This document shows, in pieces, positions 29,601 to 44,000 of a stretch of DNA of 64,000 nt. The notes under the pieces are model-generated. The model had not been told where the DNA came from, made no database searches, and saw only the letters and a list, made by a program, of their open reading frames with translations. The stretch is from Schmidtea polychroa (taxonomy: Eukaryota). A program made the translations under genes and the position numbers. The DNA lies in assembly GCA_044892525.1 (NCBI GenBank), contig CM097885.1, positions 195,610,001 to 195,674,000 on the forward strand, written 5' to 3'. Each line of letters opens with the position of its first letter. Within the stretch, counting starts at the first letter, position 1.

Positions 29601-32600
29601 ATTTTAAATGTATATTTTGATTACAAATTATATAATGCTTAATTTAAAGACTTATATTGAAACATTGTACAAAAATAGTAATAAAATGCTAAAATCTATC
29701 ATGTATTCAATATAGAGTAGGAATTTCCAAACGTTTGGCGACCAAGAGCTACTTTTAAAAGTGGAAATATTTCGTGACACTCTCTACTAGTAAAGAATAG
29801 ATTGGAAAACAAAGATAATATTGACCAATCTTTTTATGTTCTATATTAAATTTAGAATTATAAAACTATCAGAGGAAACTGAAAGTAGCGGAGTAAAAAC
29901 AGTAGTTTATAAAAAAATATCCCAAATCCCGAAATTGTTCATTTCTTGATATATTTAGAGGTGTATAGAACCTTTGATCTAGAGTAAATTTATCAATAAA
30001 ATTTTAATCATATTTTATTGTAATTATATTGAGAGAGTAATTGTTCATGATTATATATGTGAAATTTTCTGTAACAAAATGATAAAATATTAGATGATTT
30101 ATTTTTATATTATGTTATATTATATATTATATTATGTTATTGTTAATTAAAAAATATATTAGAAGTATCCTTTTCCTCATAAAATAATGTATTTATTAAA
30201 TTTATGAAAAAGATGAATATGAGCGCAAAAAATAAAGTAATAATTTAATTGATATTGTATTTATTAAAAGCTTAACTATGAATCAGTAAATATATCGATG
30301 TTTTTTTGATATTCACGAATTTTCGGCACTGCCTTTTTCAAGTGATGTTTATAATGCAAAATTTATAAAAATAGTAAATTAAATTTTTGATATAAAAGGT
30401 GCAAATTATTTTAATTTTATAATTTGTTGGATTACAATAAAATTAACTATTTCTTTGATAAGTATTTTATCAAAGAAACACATAAAAAATTTTAAATTTT
30501 ATTTTATTTACTCGAATCCTTAAAACAACTTTCAATTTCAATTATTCCTGACAAATATTGCAATAATCATGTTGCTCTTTTGCTCAGTTTCTCATTGAAC
30601 TGAACTTTTGCAACGCATTTCCACATTTGAATTCAAAATCTATTTAATGTCTTGTCACTTCAATCAAATCTTAAATTAAATTTATTTTACAACATTGACA
30701 AATATAAACAAAAATAATAAACAAGAAATGTTAATTTAGTTAAATTNNNNNNNNNNNNNNNNNNNNNNNNNNNNNNNNNNNNNNNNNNNNNNNNNNNNNN
30801 NNNNNNNNNNNNNNNNNNNNNNNNNNNNNNNNNNNNNNNNNNNNNNNNNNNNNNNNNNNNNNNNNNNNNNNNNNNNNNNNNNNNNNNNNNNNNNNNNNNN
30901 NNNNNTAACAAAAATTTTTAAATTAGTTAAATTAATAATCACAAAAGACAATATGATAATATAAATAATACTAATTATAATAATAATTATTATTTATATT
31001 ATTATTATCTTTTATATTAATTTTTACTATATGAAAAATTCTTGTTTATTAATTTTTTTTATATTTGTTAATGTTGTAAAATAAATTTGATTTATTATTA
31101 TTATTATATGTTTCTAAGTTTTCAAAATATAATAATTCAAATTTTAAAATACTCAAAAAATTTTAAAAAATTTAATTAAAATTTAATTTTTCAATATTTC
31201 AAATATTTTCATTATGATTTTACTAAAAATTGGTTATTCAACAACAAGTTTGGCTCTGAATATTAGAAATACTATATAATAATTGATTGGTATCGGAATT
31301 ATTTATAGAAATTAATTTAAATAAATAGGAAAGCCATTTCTGCTGTTGTTTATTAATTGATAATATTTCGACCTAAAATAATCACTGTTCAATCAAATGT
31401 GAAATTTAACTGATTTATTTTTTTTTATTTTTCCTTATGAAACTTTTAAAATTATAACCATTAAAACTAAATAATAAACTTTTAAAAATTATTAATAATT
31501 TAAATTAGTTATAATTTTATCAATATTTTCTGGCGTATAAAATTTCGATGAAAATAAAGTTAAGAATAAAAAATTATAGTAATCCCATCGAAGACAATAT
31601 TATATTTCGATTCCAGCGAAAATGACTTGTAAATTTGATCGACAGTATCTATTTCTGAAAGTAAGTTTACCGTTTTTTTTCAAATCATGTATTCACATCT
31701 ATGATTGTAAATAGCAAATTTCAATAACTTTTTTCACTACTTTTATATTCATTTGCGCTATCAATCATTTACTTTATGCGAGCCATATTGACGATTTTCC
31801 TTGATTCTTAATGATATCTAAATTAAAACAGTAATTTTACTGCCAAGTTGACAAAACGTCATTGCACTGTCAAACTCGGTGGTTTTGTTTTCCAGAAAAG
31901 ATGTCGTCAAAATCATTTTTAATTATTTAGTTTGTATTATTGTAATTGTCCTCTGGGGACCCAAATATAGAATAATAATTATTATATTCTTTTTTAATAT
32001 TTTATTCGCCACCTGCTTTCTCTTACTCAAAATTATTAATTTTCCGATTTTTCAAATATTTAATTCATTTATGGACATAAATTTTGTCTGTACTGCTTTA
32101 TAATTTTATTTTATTTTGCACTCAAATTTTATCCATAGATATTTTATTTGTTTTTATTTACATAATTCCGACATTATTATATAATGGATTAAAATATTTT
32201 TTGGCGCGAAGAGAAATCTTCGCGTTTCTTGCATAGTATTGATGAGAGCCAAAAGCTCGAAACTAGTTTACTATTGGGATTTGCACTGGGTATCACAAAG
32301 CTTGTAATCTTTATCTTATTATTATATAAAGAATTATAAATCTTAAAGACCAAAAATACTATAAAATTTACTTCTTTTTCCCTCTTTTTTTGTGGAAGTT
32401 TGCATGATTAGGTCATCTAGAGTTGATAAAGATTCAGATTGTGAATCACTTTGAGCTTCATCGTCAATTTTAACTAGATCGGCAGATCTAATAGGTTGAG
32501 CAGATTGAGAAGAAGAAATTTTCTTTTCTTGGGAAGAACTCGTTATACTTGAATTTTGATTTCTAGTTTCTGTGGAGTTTTCTTCGTCGATTGTTGGATT

Positions 32601-35600
32601 ATATTCTGAGTTGCTTTTCGTGTCTTCGGACTTTTGATTGATTCGATGACAAACATCAAATGCTTGTCCAACTGTACGGACGATTTTCATTGCTTCCATC
32701 TTTCAAGAAATAAAAAGCAAAAAGTTATTTATAGAATAAATTTGATGGATGTTTTTAGAATAATTCTGTTTTTATTTTATAGTACTTTTAAATCAGGAAA
32801 ATATATGGAAAATATTTCAGACTGGATAGGTTGTTAATTTTTGTCAAACTTGAACATATTAAGGATTTGAATTTAAACTAATTTCTAAGTGTAAAACAAA
32901 GATAGAAAACAGTATTCAGGTAAATATTTGGTTTTTTTTATATATTTTTAAACTCTCTATATTAACTTCAGTTTGTATGTATGAATGTTTGTATGGGCCG
33001 CGAAAATCTTGTGACGGCAAATTAACCCACTCCCCGTAATCGGATCGAGCTGAAATTCGGCAGATAGATTCGTTGTCGAGGACAATGCATTCTTTCAAAC
33101 TTTAGGATGCTCTTCAATTTTTTTTTCAATTTTTTCAATATTTACAAAATTTCTTTCAAAATATTAATAAAATGTTCCTTTCAAAGTAATTTCTTAACAA
33201 GGTGATTTTGCGTAATATTAAACATTTCATAGCATTGAGTACGCATATTGAAATTTTAATTTTTAGAGAATTTTAAAATTTTAACATAAAGAGAGTTTTA
33301 AAAACTATGTTTTTAAGGTAATTATTTTGTAATATTGTTTTATCGATTTTTGTATAATAATAAATATGTAGAAAGAATAGATGTTTTGTTTAAATGAGAC
33401 GATTTAAATGGAAAAAAAGAAACAAAGATATATTAATTATGAATAAAGATATATTAGTTTCATTGGAACATTTTGATAGAAAGAACATGAATATAATCGA
33501 AGGTTCGATAAGTTTAAACTATTATGCCAATTACATAGCCATAATGCAAAAAAGGAACATTTACTGATTCTTCAGAAGTTTGTTGGAAACAAACTGACGA
33601 GTAAACCATTTCAAATTGGCGAAAACCTTAATATTCATCTACAAGAGATGAAATATTTGACTTACAATGCTGAAGATTATTTGATGAGCATCATCATAAA
33701 TTCATTACCTTCAGAAATGTCACGGGAAGTCACTCGTTAAGGGGCAACCACAACTGAAGTTATTGGTAACTTGTCACTTGACAATACGGCATCATATGTC
33801 ATGCAAAGGAAATTTCCTTCAAATTCAAAAAGTATGAAATGTTGGCGACGCTCTAGTATAGATAGTCTGATTTTTAAAATTAAAAAAATTTATATTTTTA
33901 TTGATTAAAAAAATATCAATAAATATTTTATAATATAAACAAAACCAATGAGTAATATACTATATAACATAAAGTAAAATTAATTTAGCACTGTATATGA
34001 TAAAGCTATTAATCTTCAAAAAGCATCCAACAAATATTCCTTTTCATAATTATTGTCGTGACAACCATATTCTAAAATCGAGATAGTTAATCTTTTCCTC
34101 AATACTCATGCCTCTTCGTTTTCCCATATTGACTTTAATATTCACCCACCATCCCTCGAATTTATTAGTGTGAACATTCGTGACCTGATCTTTAAAATGT
34201 AACCTTTTGTTTACCAATAAATGCACATAATTTTGGTTCGGAATAAGTTCAAGGTTCTAGGTTTCGGTCAAATAGGCAGAACATCTATCGCTAAATATTA
34301 TAGTTTCTGGTTTTATGAAACGCTGCATCAACTCACATAAGGTCTCTCTTTTTCATTGCAAAACAATTTGGTAAAGTTATCTTTTAGTCTCACATTTGAT
34401 ACCACCAAATAACCAAATTTCCGGATATCGTCGGTCACGGAAGTATTTATACTTCTTTGAAATCAAGGAATAATATATTTCCCCAACTACTCCTTCTCCG
34501 CCATCATAAGCTCCGCGTCACTAAGTGTTAATAACGCCCCCGAACAAATTTCAAATAAAATATTATTTCAATTTGCACACGTTTGATTTGCTATTCCAAT
34601 CATCGACTGAGTACGGTTGGAATATCTTGATATGGTTGGAATATCTTGCAACCAAATGTAAGTAAAAATCACTAATTTCTTTTATGACAATTTACTTTTA
34701 GAAAAGAATTACCATCTCTTATAAAAATTTGTCTGCATTTTTGGGGACACTGAAAAACATACGCGTCAGAAAGTTTTTTTCGTAGTGCTCTTGTAGCAAG
34801 AACATGTTTTTTCTTGAAGATAATGCAGTAATTTTTCTTCATCGTTTACTACTTTATACAAAGATGTCTGTAATTTTCATTATGGTTACTTAAAAGTTTT
34901 ATTATATATTCAGTTGTAATTATGATTTAAATATTAATCAATAAAAATATAAATTTTTTAATTTTAAAAATCGGGCGACACATAATAAAGTATCGCTGAA
35001 ATGTTTCATTTGTAATGAAAACCATTTAGCTCGCAGTTGTCCGAATCAAAACTATTCAGGAGTCTCACTCTGTCCCAAAGAGGTTTTAAAAGATAATAAA
35101 TGAATCGGTAAAACAATGTTTAATATACACGAGTTGTTCAATTACGATAATGCGAAGAGATCCAATCAAATCACGGGGCGTTCGAGTAGGTTAGCAGATT
35201 GATCTAGCAGATTGAGGTAAGACCAAACTTGAAGTAAAGGGAAAGTATTTTATTGTCGACTGTTTTGTTTCTAGAAAGATAATATTTAGTTATGATGTGA
35301 TATTAGGCAGGAATTCTATTATTACACTATTTTTATTTGCTATTAACTGCATCGAATGTCATCTAAACGTAGAGAATACATGGAAAAGATTAGCCATTGG
35401 TGTAACAAAAGTCAATCAAAGAATAAAGATTAATTGTGGAGCTTCTAGTTTTGCAATTTGCCGCGAAATAAAGAATAAAAGTGCAGATGAAATATGCAAT
35501 CAACTAGAACAAGTGTTTTTGAAGAACGGATATAAACAAAATATTTAATTCTATGTATTTTATTTTAATATTCTAAACATATTAGCTCTGAAATAGATTT

Positions 35601-37993
35601 TTATGTATTAATAGATTGTCAAAAATTTTCAAAGTAAAGAAGATCAAGAAAGAGGGATTAAAATATTTTAAAAGAAAATAAATTTAGAAATCACCTCAAT
35701 TACAATTTATATTGGCCTTCCTAAATTTAGTGATAGTAAATGTATCATTTTGTATCATTTATTTGTAAATTTAAAAAAAATAAATTATGTAAAGTTCTAA
35801 ATAAATGAAACTAAAAAGTACCTTTCGTAAAGCTTTGAAAACATTGCATTTGAAATTAGTGGATTTGCTGTCTCTAGCGATGTAACTGAATATTTTAAGA
35901 TCCTGTGAGTCGTGTGATACATAAAAGATTCTAAATTAGATCAAAAGTCATACTTCAAACAAAAAAAAAGATTTTCATTACCTGTATATTGGATGATGCA
36001 TTAAAAGCAAACCTGTGGAAGAATTGTTGACTGGATGGTCAGAAGAGGGGCCGTTAAGGAGATTAAAGCTTTGTGATAATCTGAGTTTTATTGGAGTCTG
36101 AATTAAGAGAAAAATTATTAATAAATTTTAAAAATAAATATTAACTCATTGGCTTTGTTTTATTAAGTTAATTTAAAGTTTACTTATTTTAATGTCCTAT
36201 AATGTCCTTATAGGACATGATAAGACAGATAAAATTCTTCTAAACTTAATTATTAATTATATTACAACCTATTAATGCTGATTATTTTTTTCAAAACTGA
36301 ATATTAAAAAGATTAAATATAACTAGACATCAATAATAATTTTTACAGAAACTTGATGAATGTCTTAAATATGCATGTTAATACTTATTTCTAAAATCAT
36401 AGTATTCGTAACTCTTTCTTTCGCTATAACTTTCCTCTGGTTTTAGTCTTAGGAGGTATAGATGTTTAATTCAAAGAATATATCATCAAAATATCTCTTC
36501 AACTAAACGATATCTCACTAATTTACTAGTTATAACGGGTTTACTGAAAGAAGACTGGAATACATCAGATAACACATCACATCTATAAATAGTTAAATAC
36601 AATTTAGATGCATTAAACATGACTAATTTGAGTGGATGCACACATACACGTGTTATTAATAGCGACATCCAAAAAACATGAAGTTTATAAATTAAACTTT
36701 GAAAAACTATAGCGTCTAAGATCTGTATATTAGATCTTTCATAGTATAAAAATTGCATTTAAAAATTTTATAAGCTGTAGATTTTCAAAGTAGTTTTGAT
36801 TGATTAACTAGAAATATTTTATCTCTTAAATTTAGATAATATATTTCTAGTTCAACAACCAAAACTACATTGAAAATTATCAAATGAATCCCTCGTAAAT
36901 TGAAAATTTTGAAAATGGACAATAAATCTAAAATCCAGACACACCATTTTAGGAAATTTGATCTTTTTCATAAATCCAAAGTTTGATTTCCCCTTCAAAG
37001 ATTTGTTGAAAAAGATTAAAATTTTATTTTTTAAATGCGGATTAAATCTTAATAATTATAAAAAACATTAAAATAATTCAATTAATAAAATGCAGGTATT
37101 TTTGTCGAAATTTTTGGTACTCATATTGATGAGTTCGGCTGCATTCGGAATATTTGGTTTTCGTATTAATTTTAAATTACTTGGTAAAGTTTAAATAAAT
37201 AGCACAATAATAATCATATTATTTATTTAACTAAGTATTATTTAAACAAATTTGAGACTCAATATACTTGTCAACAATATCCAGTTTGCAAAATGAATTT
37301 GGAATCAAAATTTAAATAATTTCTTCAGCTAACTTTTTTACAATTTCACTAAAATCTCTGCTAAACATTTTCTTTCAATTCTTTTCATAAATTTTATTAA
37401 ATATGAATTGTTAATTTTTTAATTCTCACACCAAACATCCTTTCTCTTTCTCAATAAATGGATAAAATAATTTTTATAACTTTTAAAACTACAGCAGTAT
37501 AAACAAAAGGCATAAACGTGTTTATTGTTTTCCTAAAACATTTGTCATTTGGAAAGGGAGATTATTTGGGTAATATAAATTCAAATGAAACCATTATAAA
37601 ACATACCAGAATTGTATGCTGGAGTAATAAAATAAATAAATAATGTTAATATTTTTTTAACATTTTACTTGATAGATATCATTCAGTAGAAATTATAATA
37701 TAATAATTTTATATCATGAATACAATAGTTTTTATCTATGTCACTATGAACGTGCAATTTTATTAATAATATTAAAAAAATTGGTTGGAAAGAAATGGAA
37801 ATAATCAAACATTAAAACTTAGAAAGTTTTGCATTATTCGTCTATGAATAAAATTAATATTTTAAAATATTTATTTCTGTTTAGCATTGACTACTAAATA
37901 ATCATCCATAACAATTATTCAATTACATATTAAATTTAGATATTAAATTTTAATTATTTAATTAATTAACTTAATTTAGACTTAATTAATAAT

Positions 37994-38024
<31 letters not shown>

Positions 38025-41000
38025 AAATTATTAATTGATATTTCTAGCTCAGAATATTAAATGGAATTATGAAATTGTCTAAATTTTATAAATATTGTAT
38101 TCCGAAATTTAACTTAATTTTTGATACAAAATTGGATATAGTAAATGTATAAGATTCATCATGGTCATTTTTGTTGAATTTAGATTCGTAAATTTGTGCT
38201 TTTTATGGATTAATAAATAAATTAAATTTAGCCAAAATTTGTTTTGTGAAATTTTTATAAATTATTAATAAAATAAGCTTAAAAAATATCTTTTAAACCA
38301 AATAGAAACAGTTCCACTTAACTCGCTCACCTCTGGTTGGTATGAGCACTTAGATTACACTTTTGGCTGATGACTGCTAAATAATAGTAAATATTATAAA
38401 TTTTTGATTTTCACTATTAAAATAAGAAAATGAACCACATAATCATACAAAAATATACATGATGAAAGTAGCATATTAGTATTCAAAGGAAAAATGTGTT
38501 GTGTTTTGTGGGTATTAAGGACTAATAAAAATGAAATATATGCAGTATTAAATCACATTTTCCTACTTATGGCGATTATGTGAGCGAACATTAATTAAAT
38601 GATCCATCCACATGTAACCAAAAATGTAGGGTCATGAGTACGATCAATGGAGGGTTATGTTATAAATTAGCCGATAAATTAATTTAATTAAAAATCATTT
38701 AATTGAAAATCATTTAAGAAATTTATCATTATAGGGTTTTCCACATAATTTAATCATCGTTTCATATAAAATAATCAATTTAAAGGCAACATAAAATATG
38801 TTTTAACTGTTCTTAACATTATGTAATTACTAATTATTTTTTGAAAGTAATACGTATAATTAAATTAATTATATGGAAAATCCAATTTAAATTAATAAAC
38901 TCCAAAATAAAAATATATTCAACGAATTTGGTTATATTTATAACAATAAAAATTTAAAATGATTAAAAATTGCGGATTAAATACATCAACTTTCAAATGG
39001 ATAAAATATAACTTAAATAGATACAGGGTTGAATAAAATATAAACATCAATCAACATTCACTTAAAAATGTTCTCGACGTAGAGCTCTAAAAATACTGCT
39101 TCACATGCTCATAATAGTGATTATAATCCTTTTCCGAAATCGTAAAGCTGATTTGAAGTATTGCAGCATCTCCAACTGTATTAGAATTCAATGCCTTGAT
39201 AAAACTCTTCAACTGCGCGAAAGTTTGCTCAATGGGTTCAGTTGTGGACTGTATGATGGAGAAATTTCAATGTATTCCCATATGATTCTATTAGAATACG
39301 TAATCGTTCTGCTTTGTGGATGCTGCAATTATTCCTCATCTCTAGAAATTCCAGCTTCAGTAGTTATTTTTCCAAAGAGCCGAAAAATCTTTCAGTATTA
39401 TATGGGAATCATAAGTTTTGTACCAAAGCAATTCGTTTTTATGTATTACAGCAAAAGTTGAAAAATTACTGCTTCTAAGCGCCGCGACAGTTTTCCTGGG
39501 ACTTGTACCGATTAGACTACGACCATATGATTTCCTTCTCAAAGATGATATTCCCATTTCATCGATATAAATGGCTTTGTTTTCGTCCATTAGTACCATC
39601 GATTGTGCAATATTTCTTTGAATATTTCTGGAGTCAAAACGACCAGTTTAAAACTGTAACAAAACAACTTAAGAGTTCGGTTTATAGTACTTTTTGAAAC
39701 TTGTAACGCGAAGGTTTGCTCAATCAGTTGTTTCATTGTTTTCGGTGTTGTAGAAACGTCTTCGGCAATAATTTTATCGATAAACATTTTAATCTTACTA
39801 GTTATTTTTTTATCTTTTGGCGTATGTATTCGAATTGATTCCACTTTCCCATTCAATTTGAGCACTCTGACTACATTGGTCACGGTTTTATAAGGAATCT
39901 CGCATTCAATCGCTGTTGTCGAAATTGTCTTTCTCAGCATATATTACTGAATCAGACAACTGTTTTTAGAATTCCTTCTTGGCATGGAGGATTTAATTGA
40001 AAAATTTAATGATTAAAAGGAAGCGACATTTAGCAGCATCTATTTATCTTATATTTTGATTATTTTATGTAAATTGACGATTGTTTTATTTGACACTTGA
40101 TTTATTTATATGAAACTCTGTTGAAATTATAAACTTAGACATTATTTCTGACATCTTATTTATGATGTGTAAATTCTCGTTTGCAAACGTTAAGAACTCT
40201 GCAAAAAAATAAGAATTTTAATTTTCTCTAGAATATTTTCAAGAAAAATATTTTTTATTATAATTAAAAATAAATAAATTTTTTGACGTTCTCACAAATA
40301 TTACATTTCAGAATATGAATGTTTAAAATTTTTTCCAAAATTTTGTATATATACTGTAGACCTAAGAAACAAAAATAATATTCATTCGTTCCTATGCATA
40401 CTGAATNNNNNNNNNNNNNNNNNNNNNNNNNNNNNNNNNNNNNNNNNNNNNNNNNNNNNNNNNNNNNNNNNNNNNNNNNNNNNNNNNNNNNNNNNNNNNN
40501 NNNNNNNNNNNNNNNNNNNNNNNNNNNNNNNNNNNNNNNNNNNNNNNNNNNNNNNNNNNNNNNNNNNNNNNNNNNNNNNNNNNNNNNNNNNNNNNNNNNN
40601 NNNNNNNACTAAATTCAAGACAAGAATTTTTGGCTTGAATGATCAGTGGTTCTTGCTTTTTTTGTTTGAATTGACTTATTTATAAATTAGTAATTAGAAA
40701 TTTTTCAAGTAATTTTATTTATTCTGACCATATATACATTTTATATAATGATTAATAGTTTTCACTTTTTCTTAATTAAATAATTGAAATTAATCTGCTT
40801 TATTATTTTATTATTTTCACTATTATTACCTTAATTTATTAGTGAGACTTAGAAATTTAACTTTGTTAATTACATATTTAACAGTTTTTTATTTTTTATC
40901 TAATTACTTTAATTATTATTAAATATTTAACATAACATTTGATTAACACTTAATTGTATCTCAATTAATTGCCTGTGGATTTTTCAGAAGCAAATTATTA

Positions 41001-44000
41001 TTAATTAAAATAAAAAACTATTAATTATGAAACAAATAATACTAAATTTCAGTCTCATGTTAATAGGTGAAACTTCTATATAATGATTAAATTATTTAAT
41101 GGCTTTTGGATTTATTGTGTTGTCATTATAATTTTAAATTATTAATTTTGTTTTAATTTATCTCTTAATTCTTGATTTAATTTTTAACAATATATCAATC
41201 TTTCCAATTTTTTCACAACACCTTTTTACAGTGTTTCAATTTATTTAAAACATTAAAGTCTTTGAATTACATTTTAAACAAGATAATATTTAATTATTTT
41301 ATTTTCATGATTACTATCTTGAAATATTAAAGAAAAATAATTCAAATATTTTTTGTATTAATATTTACAAGATCCTTACGAGAATTATCACTTATATATT
41401 TTTTATTAAACTGCTTTGATTAATGTTTCTTTGGTTGGAAATTCAATTACCCGTAACTAATTTTCACAATTTTCTCCAAGCAAACTTTACTGTTTTCACT
41501 TCATCAGCTCTCTTTTCTAATAAAAGAAAACTTGAAACTCATTACAGAAAAACGCAGAAAAATCAATAAATAAAACTTTATTCAATTTTCAAAATCAGCA
41601 TTAGTTATACTTCAGATATAACTACTTTCACTCTCCATAAAGCCTGCAATCAGTCCTTTGGGAGCTTTCCAATTTGCTTTTCAATTAACTAGTCATTTTC
41701 TGCCTTAGTAGTGTCCGTGTAACTTCATTACATATCCTAATTGTTCACCTGGCTACGCAGCAGATATCGTTTAATTTACTTGGTCAAACTGTCTAATTTG
41801 ATTACCCAACTTTGGCTGCAGCAATTTTCAAAGAAACTCTCATTTCATAAATGAAACTTTCTCAAAATTTGTAAATGTCAAAACAAATGATGCATTAACT
41901 TGTTTTAATCAAATGAATTATTAATGATGGTAATCATCTTTAATTTAGATTTAATATTTCACAATTTCAATTCAAAAAATTTAGTTTTGATAAATTTTCG
42001 AGAAAATGGAAAATCATAATAGAAACATTTTGTGACTGTCTTTGATTGTATTAATAAAAAATATATCAGGGAGAACTTTAATTATATTTCCTATAGAAAT
42101 TTATTCTATGGAATTTCTGTGAATGGAATTCCTGAAAGATGATTCATTTGTTGAAAGATTTTTTAATTGAATTTTCTGGAAAGATTTTTTATAATGGAAA
42201 TCCATCGGTGATTTGATTTGATTTGATTTTTACTGTCTGCTGTCGTTAAGTAAAATTTTATTTTGTTATTGTTATTATAATTAATTACACAGAATTCATA
42301 CAATATACATATGAACCATCAAATGTAGCAGCAATTTTAAGATGACCAAACGTCCCGCTTTTGGCGATACTGTCCCGATTTTTCACGATTTATCCCGCGT
42401 CCCGCAACGTTTTTCAAAAGTTCCGACTTTTAGAATTAAGTTAAATTTTATATTTATGAAAATCATTGTTTTGCATTCTAAGAATCCTACGGACTACTAA
42501 GACTAACATATTGCTTTTCTTACCCAGTTACATTGTATTTGTTTCTCAGTTTTCTTCGTGTTCGTACTGCGCGCTAGGAAGCTAATTAAACAAATAAATA
42601 TTACAAATCTGCTACTTACCATAGAAAATTAAGGTAAGTAATTTATTTATATATTTCATAAATACATAAATTTTCTTAAACTTAGCTTAAAATACTCGTA
42701 GTCTTTAATTTTATGTTGATAACAAAAAGTATTATCACTGACCCTAATCTTAAAAGAAATTTTAGAAAGAAATATAAAAATAAAATTCTGCAAATATTTT
42801 AAGTTAATCAAACTAATAATATGTCAAGGAATAAAATATTATACAATTTTTTTATATTTATGTTAAAAATCAAAAAATATTACCATATTATTTTTATTCT
42901 ATATGAAAATTTTTGTTGATACCCCCACCCTTCAAAGTTGTCCGCTTTGTCCATCTAAAAGTCTGGTCACATTAAGCAATATATATTTTATAATTGAAGT
43001 CTCACCTAAGGCGGAGAACATCTCTTTAGTAGTTTATATTTTATAAAAATTAAGGAAAAGATATTAAAAAGAGTTGGTCAATGGAGAAAAAGATCAAAAG
43101 ATTTCATTGAAGTTTTTTAAAAATAAAAGTATATATATAAAACCTTTAAAATCACTGTTTATTGTTTTGTTATATGGTTATTTTGGTATTTTTCCGTTAA
43201 TTATTCTTTAGTTATTACAAATTAAAATTTTAAATAAAAATATTTTTATATGACAAATCATTGGTAGTAATTTGTTTTATCACATTGATTTTGTTTGTTT
43301 TAACTCTACTGTGATTTTCTATCAAACAATTCTATCATAATTCCTAATTTGAAATATACGTGGTAAGGCTTTGAAGTCCTTAGATTTACATACAAATAGT
43401 GAAGTTAGTGGAGCCAGATTCTTTATTATTAATAAGACTAATATGTAGGATTTATTTCTCAACATAACTTTCAATAACCGTATATCATTAGTTTGAAAGC
43501 CATTAAGAAGATTTCTTGCCTCTTCTCTACAAGAAATTTCTCCATATTTTTCTTCAAATTATGCTTCAATTCAAATATTTTACCTGTCAAATCTTTCTTC
43601 CGATGATTGAACAAACAAAAATCCCTAGACGCAAGATCTCGGTTGTATGTGGATGGTCCAACTGTAAAAACACACATTTTGCTATTGCTTCCTGTTTTCG
43701 ATAAGACATGTGAATTGGAGTGTTGTCTTGGAGAAATAAAGGTCCTGGTTTCGTAGCTTGTTTCGTATGCCACTGGGTTCATTGATCAAGGTGGTGTAGT
43801 GCTTTAATCAACCCTCAAAAATACACTTAATCTATTGAATATTATTTTTCCAATCTCCTTTTTAAATAAAAACTGATTTACGTTTATAAATTGCACACTG
43901 CATAAAAAATTGTTTAAATCGCCGAATGACTGTAATTAAATATATATGTGTCTCATTATGAAATATACAATAACTTTGTTCTAACTTTATATTTTTTCTA

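Noticed and set aside
39105-39697. Plus-strand ORFs 39105..39461 and 39503..39697
   Set aside because: Shadow ORFs opposite the DD34E transposase.
41493-41510. CTGATGA...GAAA on the minus strand; similar cores at about 38368 and 57919
   Set aside because: No stem II or no GAAA in register; not hammerheads.
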